Shown here: positions 1 through 8,720 of the stretch, piece after piece
Layout of the letters: each line of letters opens with the position of its first letter
Numbering within the stretch: the stretch's first letter is position 1
From: Pseudomonadales bacterium
GTDB lineage: Bacteria > Pseudomonadota > Gammaproteobacteria > Pseudomonadales > UBA7434
NCBI GenBank assembly: GCA_965263235.1
Contig: OZ253667.1
Coordinates: forward strand, 770,189-834,188
Length of the DNA stretch: 64,000 bases
Direction of reading: 5' to 3'
Translations under genes and position numbers: made by a program
Notes under the pieces: model-generated
What the model saw: only the letters and a program-made list of their open reading frames with translations
Told to the model about the DNA's origin: nothing
Databases searched by the model: none

Positions 1-298
1 TGCCATTGCTGTAGATCAGGCATGATCTAGCGATTCTTACATAACCTCTTATTTTTATTTTTCCCTCTTTGTAGACTCTTAGTTTTCCTCTACTGTGTGG
101 ATGCATGCCTAGCTGGTTTGAGAGAAAGCCAAAGTCTAGCCGCCCTTTAATATCCAAAGTTCCCTCATTGATGTATCTTACTCGAGGACTTAAAAAGAAT
201 TGCCTGCCGCCTTTGTTTCGAATCAAAGAAAATAAAAGTGTCAGCAAATCCTGAGTTTTCTCTTCTGATTCGGATAGTTTTCTAAATATTTTTCTCAT
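1..298 (-). CDS. Putative hexapeptide-repeat (left-handed beta-helix) acyltransferase, N-terminal part; 3' end runs off the window
   Basis: Not in the ORF track because there is no stop in the window. A reverse-strand ATG at 296-298 opens a stop-free frame to position 1 (99 codons: MRKIFRKLSESEEKTQDLL...GKLRVYKEGKIKIRGYVRIARSCLIYSNG). The end of the fragment has the short periodic I/V/L-G pattern of LbH acyltransferases. Same strand as the two genes to its right. Confidence 0.35.
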   Translation of the reverse strand, partial: MRKIFRKLSESEEKTQDLLTLLFSLIRNKGGRQFFLSPRVRYINEGTLDIKGRLDFGFLSNQLGMHPHSRGKLRVYKEGKIKIRGYVRIARSCLIYSNG

Positions 299-320
299 AT
301 TGAATGACAGTGAGTTCTTT

Positions 321-1937
321 CTAAAGAAATAGAAAATCTTCTCGTTGGCTCTCTATTCCTTCAATAATGCTATTCTGTACATTGTTCTGATGTTCCGTTA
401 GTTCAGTAAACCTCTTCGTCGTATAACCTTCAAAGGAACCGGATGTATTAAAGTTAACCGGCATAAGATGCTGGTACTCAAACATCATCAAATAAAAATA
501 TTTTCTCGCGAGTTCAACTTGATTGGGTTTAGTTGTTTTTGATTGTCCCAGGGATTCAATCGTCGCGAAAAAATCTTCACTATCGGTCACGTCGTATGTA
601 AACCCTTTGTTTCTATAATGGGTTTCTGAAATCAATAGAACTGGCTTTCCTTCGATTGCCATTTCCAGCCCGACAGTTGACGTATGCACCACGCCAATAT
701 CCGACATGTCGAGGATATCGAAGGAATTAATATCCATTTCTGGTTCAACGATTGTGACATTGTTTGGCAGGGAGTCTTTAAAAGCATCTCTTACCAATTG
801 GCCGTACCGCTCGTGCGTACCAAGAACCTTTTCAGCGGGATGGCATCGAACAAGGATGTGATAGTCGTTGTTCTTTCCGTATTTGTTCACGAGTTGGCAA
901 ATGCAATCTAAAGGCGAGTCAAAGGCAATGTCTCGAGAAACGTTGGCAGCGTCCCATATTAAATTAGTGAAAACAGTGATAACTGACGCGCCTTCCGCGA
1001 TATGTAGAGTCTTTCGCAAAGTGTCCAAATTATTTAATTTTTCCGAAAAATTGTAGGCGTATACATCACCTTTTTGCGTTTCTCTTTCCTTCAGGTAGGC
1101 ATCAACTTTACGTTCCTGTTCCTGCGATAAGGGGTAGGGCGCGAGGCGTTTCCAGGCGGTAGATATGTCCCAGACAGGGGAAGGGTTATTCCGATTAACG
1201 TTAATACATCCTTTGGTTTTTCCTCGGTCATAGCAAATGTAATCCAGCTGATTCGCTTCGCAGTAGTCAACAATAATTTGCCAGGTGCAGTAGATGCCGT
1301 GAGAAAACATAATGCTATGGTAGTTGTTGGTTTCGCATCGGGATTTTATTTCGAAATAGTTCGTTAGCGTGGTTGCCATAAATTTCTTGGCAATTTGAGT
1401 TGCATCGTCCTGCATGCTTATAGACTTATAAAAACGGTACATAACACCTTTTACGATGTTGCCAATTTCATAGCCTTCATAGTTAAAATTGAAAAGTATT
1501 TCTGTGTCATCCGGAAGAGAGTTGGCTATTTCAACTGCTTTTGGATTTAAAGAAAGTAGTTGATATTCAACATTAGCGGCATCAAGGCTGGCTAAGCCTT
1601 TTTTAACTGATCTTTGCCAAAAAGCCTCTCCTTCTTTGTCGAGCCGATCTTTCGTTGTGATTTCGTTGTAACCGACGGTGCTATCGTAGACGATATAGTC
1701 AACATCGTAACCACGCTCTCTAAGGAGGTGGTAAAACAAAATCTCTACGGGCGTTAAATACATACTGCTAATTCCAGAATACAGAAGAATTTTTTTATTA
1801 TTAGGGTCGCTACGGTATTTGGTTTGTTGAAAGAAGTGGCTGTAATACCTTCTCTCCATTGACTCGCCAAAGAACTTGGTAAACGCTTTTTCCAACAGTG
1901 GATGTAGTTGAAAAATTTTTGGGGTAATGGACTGCAT
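321..1937 (-). CDS. Capsule_synth-like (KpsS/KpsC-type) polysaccharide biosynthesis protein; candidate ulosonic-acid glycosyltransferase
   Basis: 538-aa ORF. The C-terminal block CHPAEK...IGVVHTSTVGLEMAIEGKPVLLISETHYRNKGFTYDV resembles the nucleotide-sugar-binding end of KpsS/KpsC/LpsZ-type proteins. It lies 9 nt downstream of the cytidylyltransferase gene on the same strand. Family assignment is by eye only. Confidence 0.45.
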   Translation of the reverse strand: MQSITPKIFQLHPLLEKAFTKFFGESMERRYYSHFFQQTKYRSDPNNKKILLYSGISSMYLTPVEILFYHLLRERGYDVDYIVYDSTVGYNEITTKDRLDKEGEAFWQRSVKKGLASLDAANVEYQLLSLNPKAVEIANSLPDDTEILFNFNYEGYEIGNIVKGVMYRFYKSISMQDDATQIAKKFMATTLTNYFEIKSRCETNNYHSIMFSHGIYCTWQIIVDYCEANQLDYICYDRGKTKGCINVNRNNPSPVWDISTAWKRLAPYPLSQEQERKVDAYLKERETQKGDVYAYNFSEKLNNLDTLRKTLHIAEGASVITVFTNLIWDAANVSRDIAFDSPLDCICQLVNKYGKNNDYHILVRCHPAEKVLGTHERYGQLVRDAFKDSLPNNVTIVEPEMDINSFDILDMSDIGVVHTSTVGLEMAIEGKPVLLISETHYRNKGFTYDVTDSEDFFATIESLGQSKTTKPNQVELARKYFYLMMFEYQHLMPVNFNTSGSFEGYTTKRFTELTEHQNNVQNSIIEGIESQREDFLFL

Positions 1938-1946
1938 AAATGAATG

Positions 1947-2618
1947 TTAGTTATATTTGTCAGTTATTGATTGGCTTTGAAGATACTCCAGACATCTTAC
2001 CGGTCTAAGATCGGGGTGATCTCTTTCGATTTCCTTCATAATTAAAAGGTCTTGCAAGGTATCTAGCGTTAGCTTGCAGCTATGATTGATGTTTTTAAAA
2101 TCATTATCTAATGCAACCAGATTTTTGCTGTTTTTTCTTATATCCCAAGTGACGTGTTCTTTAGCTTCTTCGGAGTGCTCGCCCTGATAGCATTGTCTTA
2201 GAGCATCGCAACTTACAATTTCACCGCTAAAATGAGACAGCGGCGCAACGTAACCGTAGTCTGCATCCGCGGATTTTACATCTTGATAAAGCTGCTCGAT
2301 TACTTCGGGCTGGATGAGATAGTTATCGCAGGTCATTCGTAAGCAGTATTCGCCTTCATACCCATCCATTGCCTGGCAGAAGCGCTCCAATACATTGTCT
2401 TCGCTACCGACAAAAAACTCCGCTCCAGCCGCTTCAACATAAGGTCGTAGAGCGAGGTTTTCTTCTCTATCTCCAGTGGCCAGAATTACCCTATCAACTC
2501 CCTTTATTGATCTCGCAATAGATATAGCTCTTTCAACCATTGTCTGATTGAAAAATGTGAAAAAGGCTTTGCCAGGTAATCGAGTAGAACCGACTCTCGC
2601 TTGCATTATGACAATCAT
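1947..2618 (-). CDS. SpsF/PseF-like cytidylyltransferase (CMP-nonulosonate synthetase family)
   Basis: 223-aa ORF. The N-terminus IVIMQARVGSTRLPGKAF matches the QARxGSxRLPGK signature of SpsF/PseF/NeuA-type cytidylyltransferases. Divergently arranged from pseB. Confidence 0.75.
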   Translation of the reverse strand: MIVIMQARVGSTRLPGKAFFTFFNQTMVERAISIARSIKGVDRVILATGDREENLALRPYVEAAGAEFFVGSEDNVLERFCQAMDGYEGEYCLRMTCDNYLIQPEVIEQLYQDVKSADADYGYVAPLSHFSGEIVSCDALRQCYQGEHSEEAKEHVTWDIRKNSKNLVALDNDFKNINHSCKLTLDTLQDLLIMKEIERDHPDLRPVRCLEYLQSQSITDKYN

Positions 2619-2860
2619 TGGATCGCTATTACGTTAGGTTTTGTAAAGGTGTGAAAATCAGGTGTTTTTGAGTTATTCGCTAGTTCAGCGCTCGGTATCA
2701 TAGGCCGATCACGCAATAGATAAATAATAATACAGTATAGCAATGTAGGCCGGAGAAAGCGCCAAAACGATCGCTTGCTGCTACACTTAAAAGTTGCTCC
2801 CCTGGAGCGAAAGCTATTATAGAAACGATAATTGATGAATTAAAAAAGGTGGGCTAGAAA

Positions 2861-3895
2861 TTGGAAAACACCAGCCAGAATGATTATTTTGAGCCACAGT
2901 CGGTCCTGGTGACCGGTGGTACGGGTTCTTTTGGTAAAGCGTTTGTAAAGACCGTGCTAGAGACGATGCCAAGTATCAAGAGATTGGTCGTCTTTTCGAG
3001 GGATGAGCTTAAGCAGTTTGAGATGTCTCAGCAATTTCCGCGAGATAAGTATCCTCAAATGCGTTATTTCATTGGTGATGTGCGTGATCCCGCAAGATTA
3101 AATAGAGCGTGTGAGGGCATTGATACGATTATCCACGCTGCAGCACTCAAGCAAGTGCCTGCGGCGGAAGATAACCCAATGGAGTGCATCTTAACCAATG
3201 TGCATGGTGCCCAGAACGTTCTGGACGCTGCATTGAACTGCGGCGTGAAGAGGGTTGTAGCGCTTTCAACTGATAAAGCCGCCGCTCCAATCAATTTATA
3301 TGGAGCGACCAAGCTATGCTCGGACAAGCTATTTGTGGCTGCAAACAATATCAAAGGGGCGCGTGATCTGCGTTTTTCGGTGGTTCGTTATGGCAACGTT
3401 ATGGGTTCTCGAGGCTCGGTTATCCCGTTTTTCTTAAACAAACGCTCTGAAGGGATCTTGCCAATAACAGACGCAAACATGACTCGATTCAACATCTCAC
3501 TGAGTGAGGGGGTCGATATGGTGATACACGCTTTACATTCAGCGTTGGGCGGAGAAATTTTCGTTCCCAAGATTCCATCTTATAGAATTCTGGATGTTGC
3601 TGAAGCAATTGGCCCAAACTGTAAGACAGAAATTGTGGGTATTAGGCCTGGCGAAAAACTACATGAAGAAATGATTACGGCATCAGATTCATTTATGACT
3701 GTTGATGTTGGTCAGTACTACGTGATCTTGCCTCAGACACACAGGTTTACTGTTCAAGACTATTGCGATCAAACCGGGGCCAAATCGGTAGAGCCAGGCT
3801 TTACCTATAATTCTGGCTCAAATACAGAGTGGCTGGCGGTTGATGAAATTCGAAGTCTAATCGTTAAGCATGTCGACCCCGCATTTTCAATCTGA
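2861..3895 (+). CDS. pseB: UDP-N-acetylglucosamine 4,6-dehydratase (inverting), PseB/FlaA1 type
   Basis: 344-aa ORF. Motifs VLVTGGTGSFGK, SRDELKQFEM, RYFIGDVRD, HAAALKQVP, NPMECILTNVHGAQNV, LSTDKAAAPINLYGATKL (YxxxK) and RYGNVMGSRGSVIPFF are nearly colinear with Campylobacter/Helicobacter PseB. TTG start lies 7 nt after GGTGGG. Confidence 0.85.
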   Translation: MENTSQNDYFEPQSVLVTGGTGSFGKAFVKTVLETMPSIKRLVVFSRDELKQFEMSQQFPRDKYPQMRYFIGDVRDPARLNRACEGIDTIIHAAALKQVPAAEDNPMECILTNVHGAQNVLDAALNCGVKRVVALSTDKAAAPINLYGATKLCSDKLFVAANNIKGARDLRFSVVRYGNVMGSRGSVIPFFLNKRSEGILPITDANMTRFNISLSEGVDMVIHALHSALGGEIFVPKIPSYRILDVAEAIGPNCKTEIVGIRPGEKLHEEMITASDSFMTVDVGQYYVILPQTHRFTVQDYCDQTGAKSVEPGFTYNSGSNTEWLAVDEIRSLIVKHVDPAFSI

Positions 3896-4757
3896 ACCGC
3901 GTAGGGCACTGATTATTGGTGCGAGATCGTGGATTGGCTTCCATTTGACTGAATGCTTTCAGGAAGCTGGGTGGGATGTGGTAGCGACTTCTAGCCAGGC
4001 GAACTGTAAACAGCCCTCAGGACGGCCCTTCAGTCAATTGGCCAAAGGGCAGGCCCTCAAACCATTGTTTGAATCGGTCAAGCCTGATTTGGTTATTAAC
4101 CTTTCAATCGGTATTTCAGAGGAAGATTTTAGCTTGCACTGCGCGTTGGCGAGCCTTTGTGCTGAGTCGGGCGTCTTTTACGTTTATGCATCTTCCGCAT
4201 TGGCGCTTGATGGATATGATAAAGAGCCCCTTGTTGAGAGTTTGCCCGCGAAATCTATTTCTGCGTATGGGAAGTTTAAAGGTCGTTGTGAAGAAAGCCT
4301 CTTAAATTTCTCAGGGCTAGACTGTCTTATTTTAAGGTTCTCATCGATACATGGCTGGGGGCCTTATAAAGACAGCCGTACTGTCCATTTGTTAGAAAAA
4401 GTGGCCGCTGGCGAGCAGGTGGAAGTTAGTAGAGGTGTTTGGCAAAATCGTTTAACTGATAAAGCGCTATGTGCTGCGATAGTGAAACTTGTCGAGAGCT
4501 CTAAAACAGGTGTGGTGCATCTGGGTGCACAAGACAGCAGTGAAGAGATAGATTTTCTAAAAAGGCTAGCAGAGGCTTTTGGTTGTTCTTCCGAAAATAT
4601 TGTTGCCGGAGAGCCTAGAGACGTGAATTTATTTGTCATTCCTGATACTGCTTCCGAGATATTGAGCGGGGCCTCAGAGATGGATACCATCAATCAACTA
4701 TTATCGCGAGCTGAGCTGGCGCGGTATAAAAATAAAACAGTTTCGAGGAATACTTAA
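3870..4757 (+). CDS. Extended-SDR sugar-nucleotide reductase/epimerase, RmlD-like
   Basis: 295-aa ORF. Degenerate Rossmann motif LIIGARSWIGFHL and catalytic SAYGKFK (YxxxK); size and layout fit RmlD-type 4-keto reductases. The ATG overlaps pseB by 26 nt, and the stop overlaps the next start (TAATG). Confidence 0.6.
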   Translation: MSTPHFQSEPRRALIIGARSWIGFHLTECFQEAGWDVVATSSQANCKQPSGRPFSQLAKGQALKPLFESVKPDLVINLSIGISEEDFSLHCALASLCAESGVFYVYASSALALDGYDKEPLVESLPAKSISAYGKFKGRCEESLLNFSGLDCLILRFSSIHGWGPYKDSRTVHLLEKVAAGEQVEVSRGVWQNRLTDKALCAAIVKLVESSKTGVVHLGAQDSSEEIDFLKRLAEAFGCSSENIVAGEPRDVNLFVIPDTASEILSGASEMDTINQLLSRAELARYKNKTVSRNT

Positions 4758-5935
4758 TGAGCGTTCAGATTGCCGGTCGTCAGGTTGGTCCCGGGCATCC
4801 CGTCTACTTTATTGCGGATATTGCAGCAAATCATTGTGGCGAGTTATCGATTGCTAAAGAGTTGATACACGCCTGTGCAGAGTCGGGGGTAGATGCTGTA
4901 AAAATGCAAAATTTTACGGCAGCCACTATTGTGTCGGATTATGGCTTTAAAAACCTGGAGGGTGTTACTACACATCAATCAAAATGGAAGCAATCGGTTT
5001 TTGATTCCTATGATGCTGCTTCCATACCATTGAGCTGGACAGAGGAGCTTAAGTCACTATGTGACAGACTTGGACTGGCTTATTTTACATCGCCATATTC
5101 TTTAGACCTTGTTGAGGCTGTTGCGCCAAATGTAAGTGCGTTTAAGCTCGGCTCTGGAGATATTACATGGCTGGAAGAAATAAAGGCAATGGGGAGGCAT
5201 GACGTTCCTCTACTAATCGCAACCGGTGCTTCACGTATGCCAGAAGTTGAGTCAGCAATGGCTGCCGCTATGTCAGTGACTGATCAAGTATTGCTGATGC
5301 AATGTAATACCGAATATACGGCTAGCGTAGGTGATTCAGAAGAGGATAGGTACAACCGCTTTAAGCATATTAATTTGAGAGTGTTAGAGACTTATGCAAA
5401 ACGTTGGCCAGGAGTTCCCCTTGGATTATCAGATCATACTCACGGCAGTATGACAGTGTTAGGTGCGCTTGGATTGTTTGATTGTTGCGCTGTAGAAAAA
5501 CATTTTACGTTCGACAATACCTTGGAAGGTCAGGATCATTCGTTTTCGATGACACCAAAGACCTGGCTTGAGATGGCCAATCAAACTGAGTCTTTGCGTC
5601 AGGCATTGTTAGAAAAGAAACCAGGCTCCTTTCGGGAAAGGCTTGACCTGACAAAGGAATTCGTCGATGACCCCAAAGCATTGGATTTAGCCATAGGGGA
5701 TGGCATTAAGCGCTTGGAAGAGAATGAAGCTAACACCGTTATTGTGCAAAGACGTGCTGTGCGGGCGACGAGAGACCTTGTGGCTGGAGATGTTATAGAA
5801 AAACGAGATTTGTTTCCGTTAAGACCCTGTCCCGCAGACGCTGTTTCACCAGCTGATATTGACTCATTGGTCGGAAAAAAACTAACAAGGGCTATCACGT
5901 TGGGCGAGCATTTTACGGGTAGTGATTTCGAATAG
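4757..5935 (+). CDS. NeuB-family nonulosonic-acid (sialic/pseudaminic-type) synthase with C-terminal SAF-like domain
   Basis: 392-aa ORF. Blocks VYFIADIAANHCGEL, AVKMQNF, FKLGSGD, GLSDHTHG and VEKHFT are typical of NeuB/PseI/SpsE PEP-condensing synthases. C-terminal VQRRAVRATRDLVAGDVIEKRDL is SAF-like. About 50 aa longer than typical PseI. Confidence 0.8.
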   Translation: MSVQIAGRQVGPGHPVYFIADIAANHCGELSIAKELIHACAESGVDAVKMQNFTAATIVSDYGFKNLEGVTTHQSKWKQSVFDSYDAASIPLSWTEELKSLCDRLGLAYFTSPYSLDLVEAVAPNVSAFKLGSGDITWLEEIKAMGRHDVPLLIATGASRMPEVESAMAAAMSVTDQVLLMQCNTEYTASVGDSEEDRYNRFKHINLRVLETYAKRWPGVPLGLSDHTHGSMTVLGALGLFDCCAVEKHFTFDNTLEGQDHSFSMTPKTWLEMANQTESLRQALLEKKPGSFRERLDLTKEFVDDPKALDLAIGDGIKRLEENEANTVIVQRRAVRATRDLVAGDVIEKRDLFPLRPCPADAVSPADIDSLVGKKLTRAITLGEHFTGSDFE

Positions 5936-5993
5936 CGACTAGTTCGGTGTTTTAAGAAGCAATGCTCGTGATGAAACTTTGCGGTAAAGTGGC

Positions 5994-6476
5994 GTGATTA
6001 AGATGAACCAGGATTTAATACCGAACCCCTATAAAGATCCGGTTAAGCGCGAGTTTTGGGAAATCTGTGTTAGAAGAGACCTTGAGGCCTTCTTAGCACA
6101 AGATTGGGCGATCACGGCCGTTGATTTTTATGCGCCTGATTTTCTGGGGATTGATGCTGCTGGAAATACCGATCCGGCAAGTTGGATGCCTAAATTCTAT
6201 AACTTAGAGAGTTATAGAAAAGAGTTTGAGGTTCAGGCGTCAGATTTTGCTAAGAAGTCCTTTGATACGGATGTGCGACAATCGCTGTATGAGCTATTGC
6301 ATTTATCAGACCCCGTAATTGAAGGCGATCGCGCATTGATCGTTAAGCTTTTTGACGGAAAGTTAGCTGAAAAAAATGGCTCGATTCTCGAGATGAAATG
6401 GCAAAGTGTTTTTCATTTCAAGCGTATTAATAAGCGCTGGTTAATTACTGGTTTTGTTGGCTATCTTCCTTACTGA
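5994..6476 (+). CDS. Small protein of unknown function, possibly NTF2/SnoaL-like fold
   Basis: 160-aa ORF (an ATG at 6003 is also possible). No recognisable catalytic motif. The size and terminal strand pattern MKWQSVFHFKRINKRWLITGFVGY suggest an NTF2-like cone fold. Embedded between the synthase and the hydrolase. Confidence 0.3.
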   Translation: MIKMNQDLIPNPYKDPVKREFWEICVRRDLEAFLAQDWAITAVDFYAPDFLGIDAAGNTDPASWMPKFYNLESYRKEFEVQASDFAKKSFDTDVRQSLYELLHLSDPVIEGDRALIVKLFDGKLAEKNGSILEMKWQSVFHFKRINKRWLITGFVGYLPY

Positions 6477-6495
6477 ATAGTGTTGGGTAATTCGA

Positions 6496-7551
6496 GTGGA
6501 GCAGAAAAAGTGCATAGCCTTTCGGGCCGACGGAGGCGAGAGTATCGGTATGGGGCATATCATGCGTTGTATCGGTCTGGCCCAGGAATTTAATAAGAGG
6601 GGCTATCGCCCCTTTTTTGTGTCAGCGTCGCATTCGGATAAAGTGGCAGATAGGCTTGCCTACGAAGGTTTTGATTATGTATGTAGTGATAGTGAAATAG
6701 CTTCAACGGAAGACTTAGAGTTTCTTGTTAGAAAGTGTCAGGAGCATGCTTGCAACAGCGTTGTTGTCGATGGTTATGGATTTGGATCAGATTGGTTGGG
6801 TAGGCTTCGTAATGCGGGTTTTAGCTCGCTTCTTTGGACTGACTATGTACAGGCAGAGCGGTTACCAGTTGATGTTATTCTCGATCAAACACCGGTCGAC
6901 AATGAGACCAACTACAAAAATGCAGCATTAGGAACTACCAAAGTACTTAATGGGTTGAAGTACGTTGTTTTGCGTGATGAATTTTTAAAATGCTCCAGCA
7001 TTCGCCGCAAAAGGAAAAAGGCCAAAAAGCTTTTGATTACTTTTGGTGGATCTGATAACGCAGGTGGAACAGTAAAAGTTCTAGAGGCGCTTCAAAGCCG
7101 ATCATATGGTGTAGCGCTCGATATCGTGATTGGTCCCGCCAACCCCTATGGAGATCGTATAGCCAAGTTGGCTGGTGAATTAGAAGATTCGGAAGTACAC
7201 GTAGCAACTAATAAAATGGCTGAGATTATTGCTAATGCAGATCTTGCGGTTTCGGCGGCTGGAACAAGTCTTTGGGAGTTTGCATATTCGGGGTTGCCAA
7301 CGATCGCAATTAGTATTGCAGACAACCAGCTTCCATTGGCAGAATCGTTAGATACGCTGGGGTGCAGTGTTTACCTGGGGCGCCTATCGGAATTTTCGTA
7401 TAGTGATTTTGGTAAAGCATTAGATGGTTTATTAGAGGATGCAAATGGTTTGTCAACCTACAGCTCTAAAATGTTAGAACTTGTTGATGGCAGGGGTAGA
7501 GAGCGGGTGGTGGATTATTTTGAATCTTTGGATCTGGCTCGTGGAGCTTGA
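6496..7551 (+). CDS. pseG: PseG/SpsG-like UDP-sugar hydrolase (GT-B fold)
   Basis: 351-aa ORF, GTG start. The N-terminus IAFRADGGESIGMGHIMRCIGLA matches the FRxD...GxGHxxR opening of PseG/SpsG. C-half ITFGGSDNAGG...SAAGTSLWE is GT-B-like. Confidence 0.6.
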   Translation: MEQKKCIAFRADGGESIGMGHIMRCIGLAQEFNKRGYRPFFVSASHSDKVADRLAYEGFDYVCSDSEIASTEDLEFLVRKCQEHACNSVVVDGYGFGSDWLGRLRNAGFSSLLWTDYVQAERLPVDVILDQTPVDNETNYKNAALGTTKVLNGLKYVVLRDEFLKCSSIRRKRKKAKKLLITFGGSDNAGGTVKVLEALQSRSYGVALDIVIGPANPYGDRIAKLAGELEDSEVHVATNKMAEIIANADLAVSAAGTSLWEFAYSGLPTIAISIADNQLPLAESLDTLGCSVYLGRLSEFSYSDFGKALDGLLEDANGLSTYSSKMLELVDGRGRERVVDYFESLDLARGA

Positions 7552-7562
7552 GCGCAAACTAA

Positions 7563-8687
7563 ATGATTGAGCGTAGAAAGAAAAAAATACTTTATCTATC
7601 TAAAAACGATGGCACTGACATCCGAATAGGTAAAGAATGTAAAACACTGGTTGATGCAGGATATGAGGTTTGTTTCTTAGGGTGGAATCGAAACCCGGAA
7701 TCTCCAGGCGATAAAAAGCGTGATTTATTGCCCGGCGTTAAAATGAAGATTTGGGAGCGCGCTGCGGGTTATGAAAGCGTATCACTCTTGTGGGCTTTTT
7801 TGAGTTACATTGTTTTTGTTTGGAAAGAGGTTCGAGCTTTTTCTCCAGATTATATTCATGCTGTTAATGAAGATGGTGGAATGGTTGCATGGGTTTGTAG
7901 CCTTGGAAAGCGAACCAAAGTTGTGACCGATGTGTTTGACAGCTTGGCATTTCGTTATGCTGATAGTTTTATTGTTTTAAAGTATTTGGTGTATTTCTTT
8001 TCCAGGATCACGTGGAAAATCTCATACCGTATCATTGTTACTGATGATGAACGAGGTGAACGCTTTCAAGCTTACAAGCACAAGCTCGTAATATTGCCAA
8101 ATTATCCATCTGAGCCGCATTTTTCTCCATTGGATATTAAAAAGCAAAGTTTGGCTTCTTCTGAAGGCCTAACAATATACTTTGGTGGTACTTTAAACTC
8201 CTCTAGAGGATTGGATCTATTGGAATATTTTTTAGAAATTGATCCTGCAGGCACAGTTGTGTGTGCGGGGTGGATCTACGACGATGTTGCTCGTCGATTC
8301 ATCTCGTTAGACAGGGTGGACTATCGTGGTGTTGTTGATGCAAGCACTTCATTACGGTATGCGTCGCAATCCAACGCAATTTTTGCTTTTTACGAGCCAG
8401 TAAATATCAATAACATAATGGCCAGTCCCAACAAGGTTTATGACGCCTTGCTGGTTGGAACACCAGTACTAATAAATTCAGAGGCTGAGGTTTCTAGGTG
8501 GGTGTTGGAAAAAAACGTCGGTTTAAGCTCGCCTTATGGTGATAAGAAAGCCTTTCTGGAGCTTATTGACGATTTAAGAGAATGGAACTTTAAACGTCTA
8601 GAAAATGCGAGCCGTTTGTTTCGGCTATCTTCTGAAGGTTATAGTTGGAGTGCCATTGAAAATAGATTGACGCAGATTTATATCTAA
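7563..8687 (+). CDS. Putative glycosyltransferase (GT-B fold, divergent)
   Basis: 374-aa ORF. Two-lobed GT-B-like layout with a C-terminal SPNKVYDALLVGTPVLIN segment. Distant paralogue of 17172-18296, which has the identical length. Confidence 0.5.
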   Translation: MIERRKKKILYLSKNDGTDIRIGKECKTLVDAGYEVCFLGWNRNPESPGDKKRDLLPGVKMKIWERAAGYESVSLLWAFLSYIVFVWKEVRAFSPDYIHAVNEDGGMVAWVCSLGKRTKVVTDVFDSLAFRYADSFIVLKYLVYFFSRITWKISYRIIVTDDERGERFQAYKHKLVILPNYPSEPHFSPLDIKKQSLASSEGLTIYFGGTLNSSRGLDLLEYFLEIDPAGTVVCAGWIYDDVARRFISLDRVDYRGVVDASTSLRYASQSNAIFAFYEPVNINNIMASPNKVYDALLVGTPVLINSEAEVSRWVLEKNVGLSSPYGDKKAFLELIDDLREWNFKRLENASRLFRLSSEGYSWSAIENRLTQIYI

Positions 8688-8720
8688 TAGATAAGTGTTT
8701 ACAAGGATAGGGGGTGGTAG

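Noticed and set aside
2619-2860. Search for a JUMPstart/ops element (GGCGGTAG) in the divergent promoter region of the polysaccharide locus, and in 18297-18926
   Set aside because: No match was found. The only near match (GCGGTAG at ~52101) lies inside murD coding sequence.
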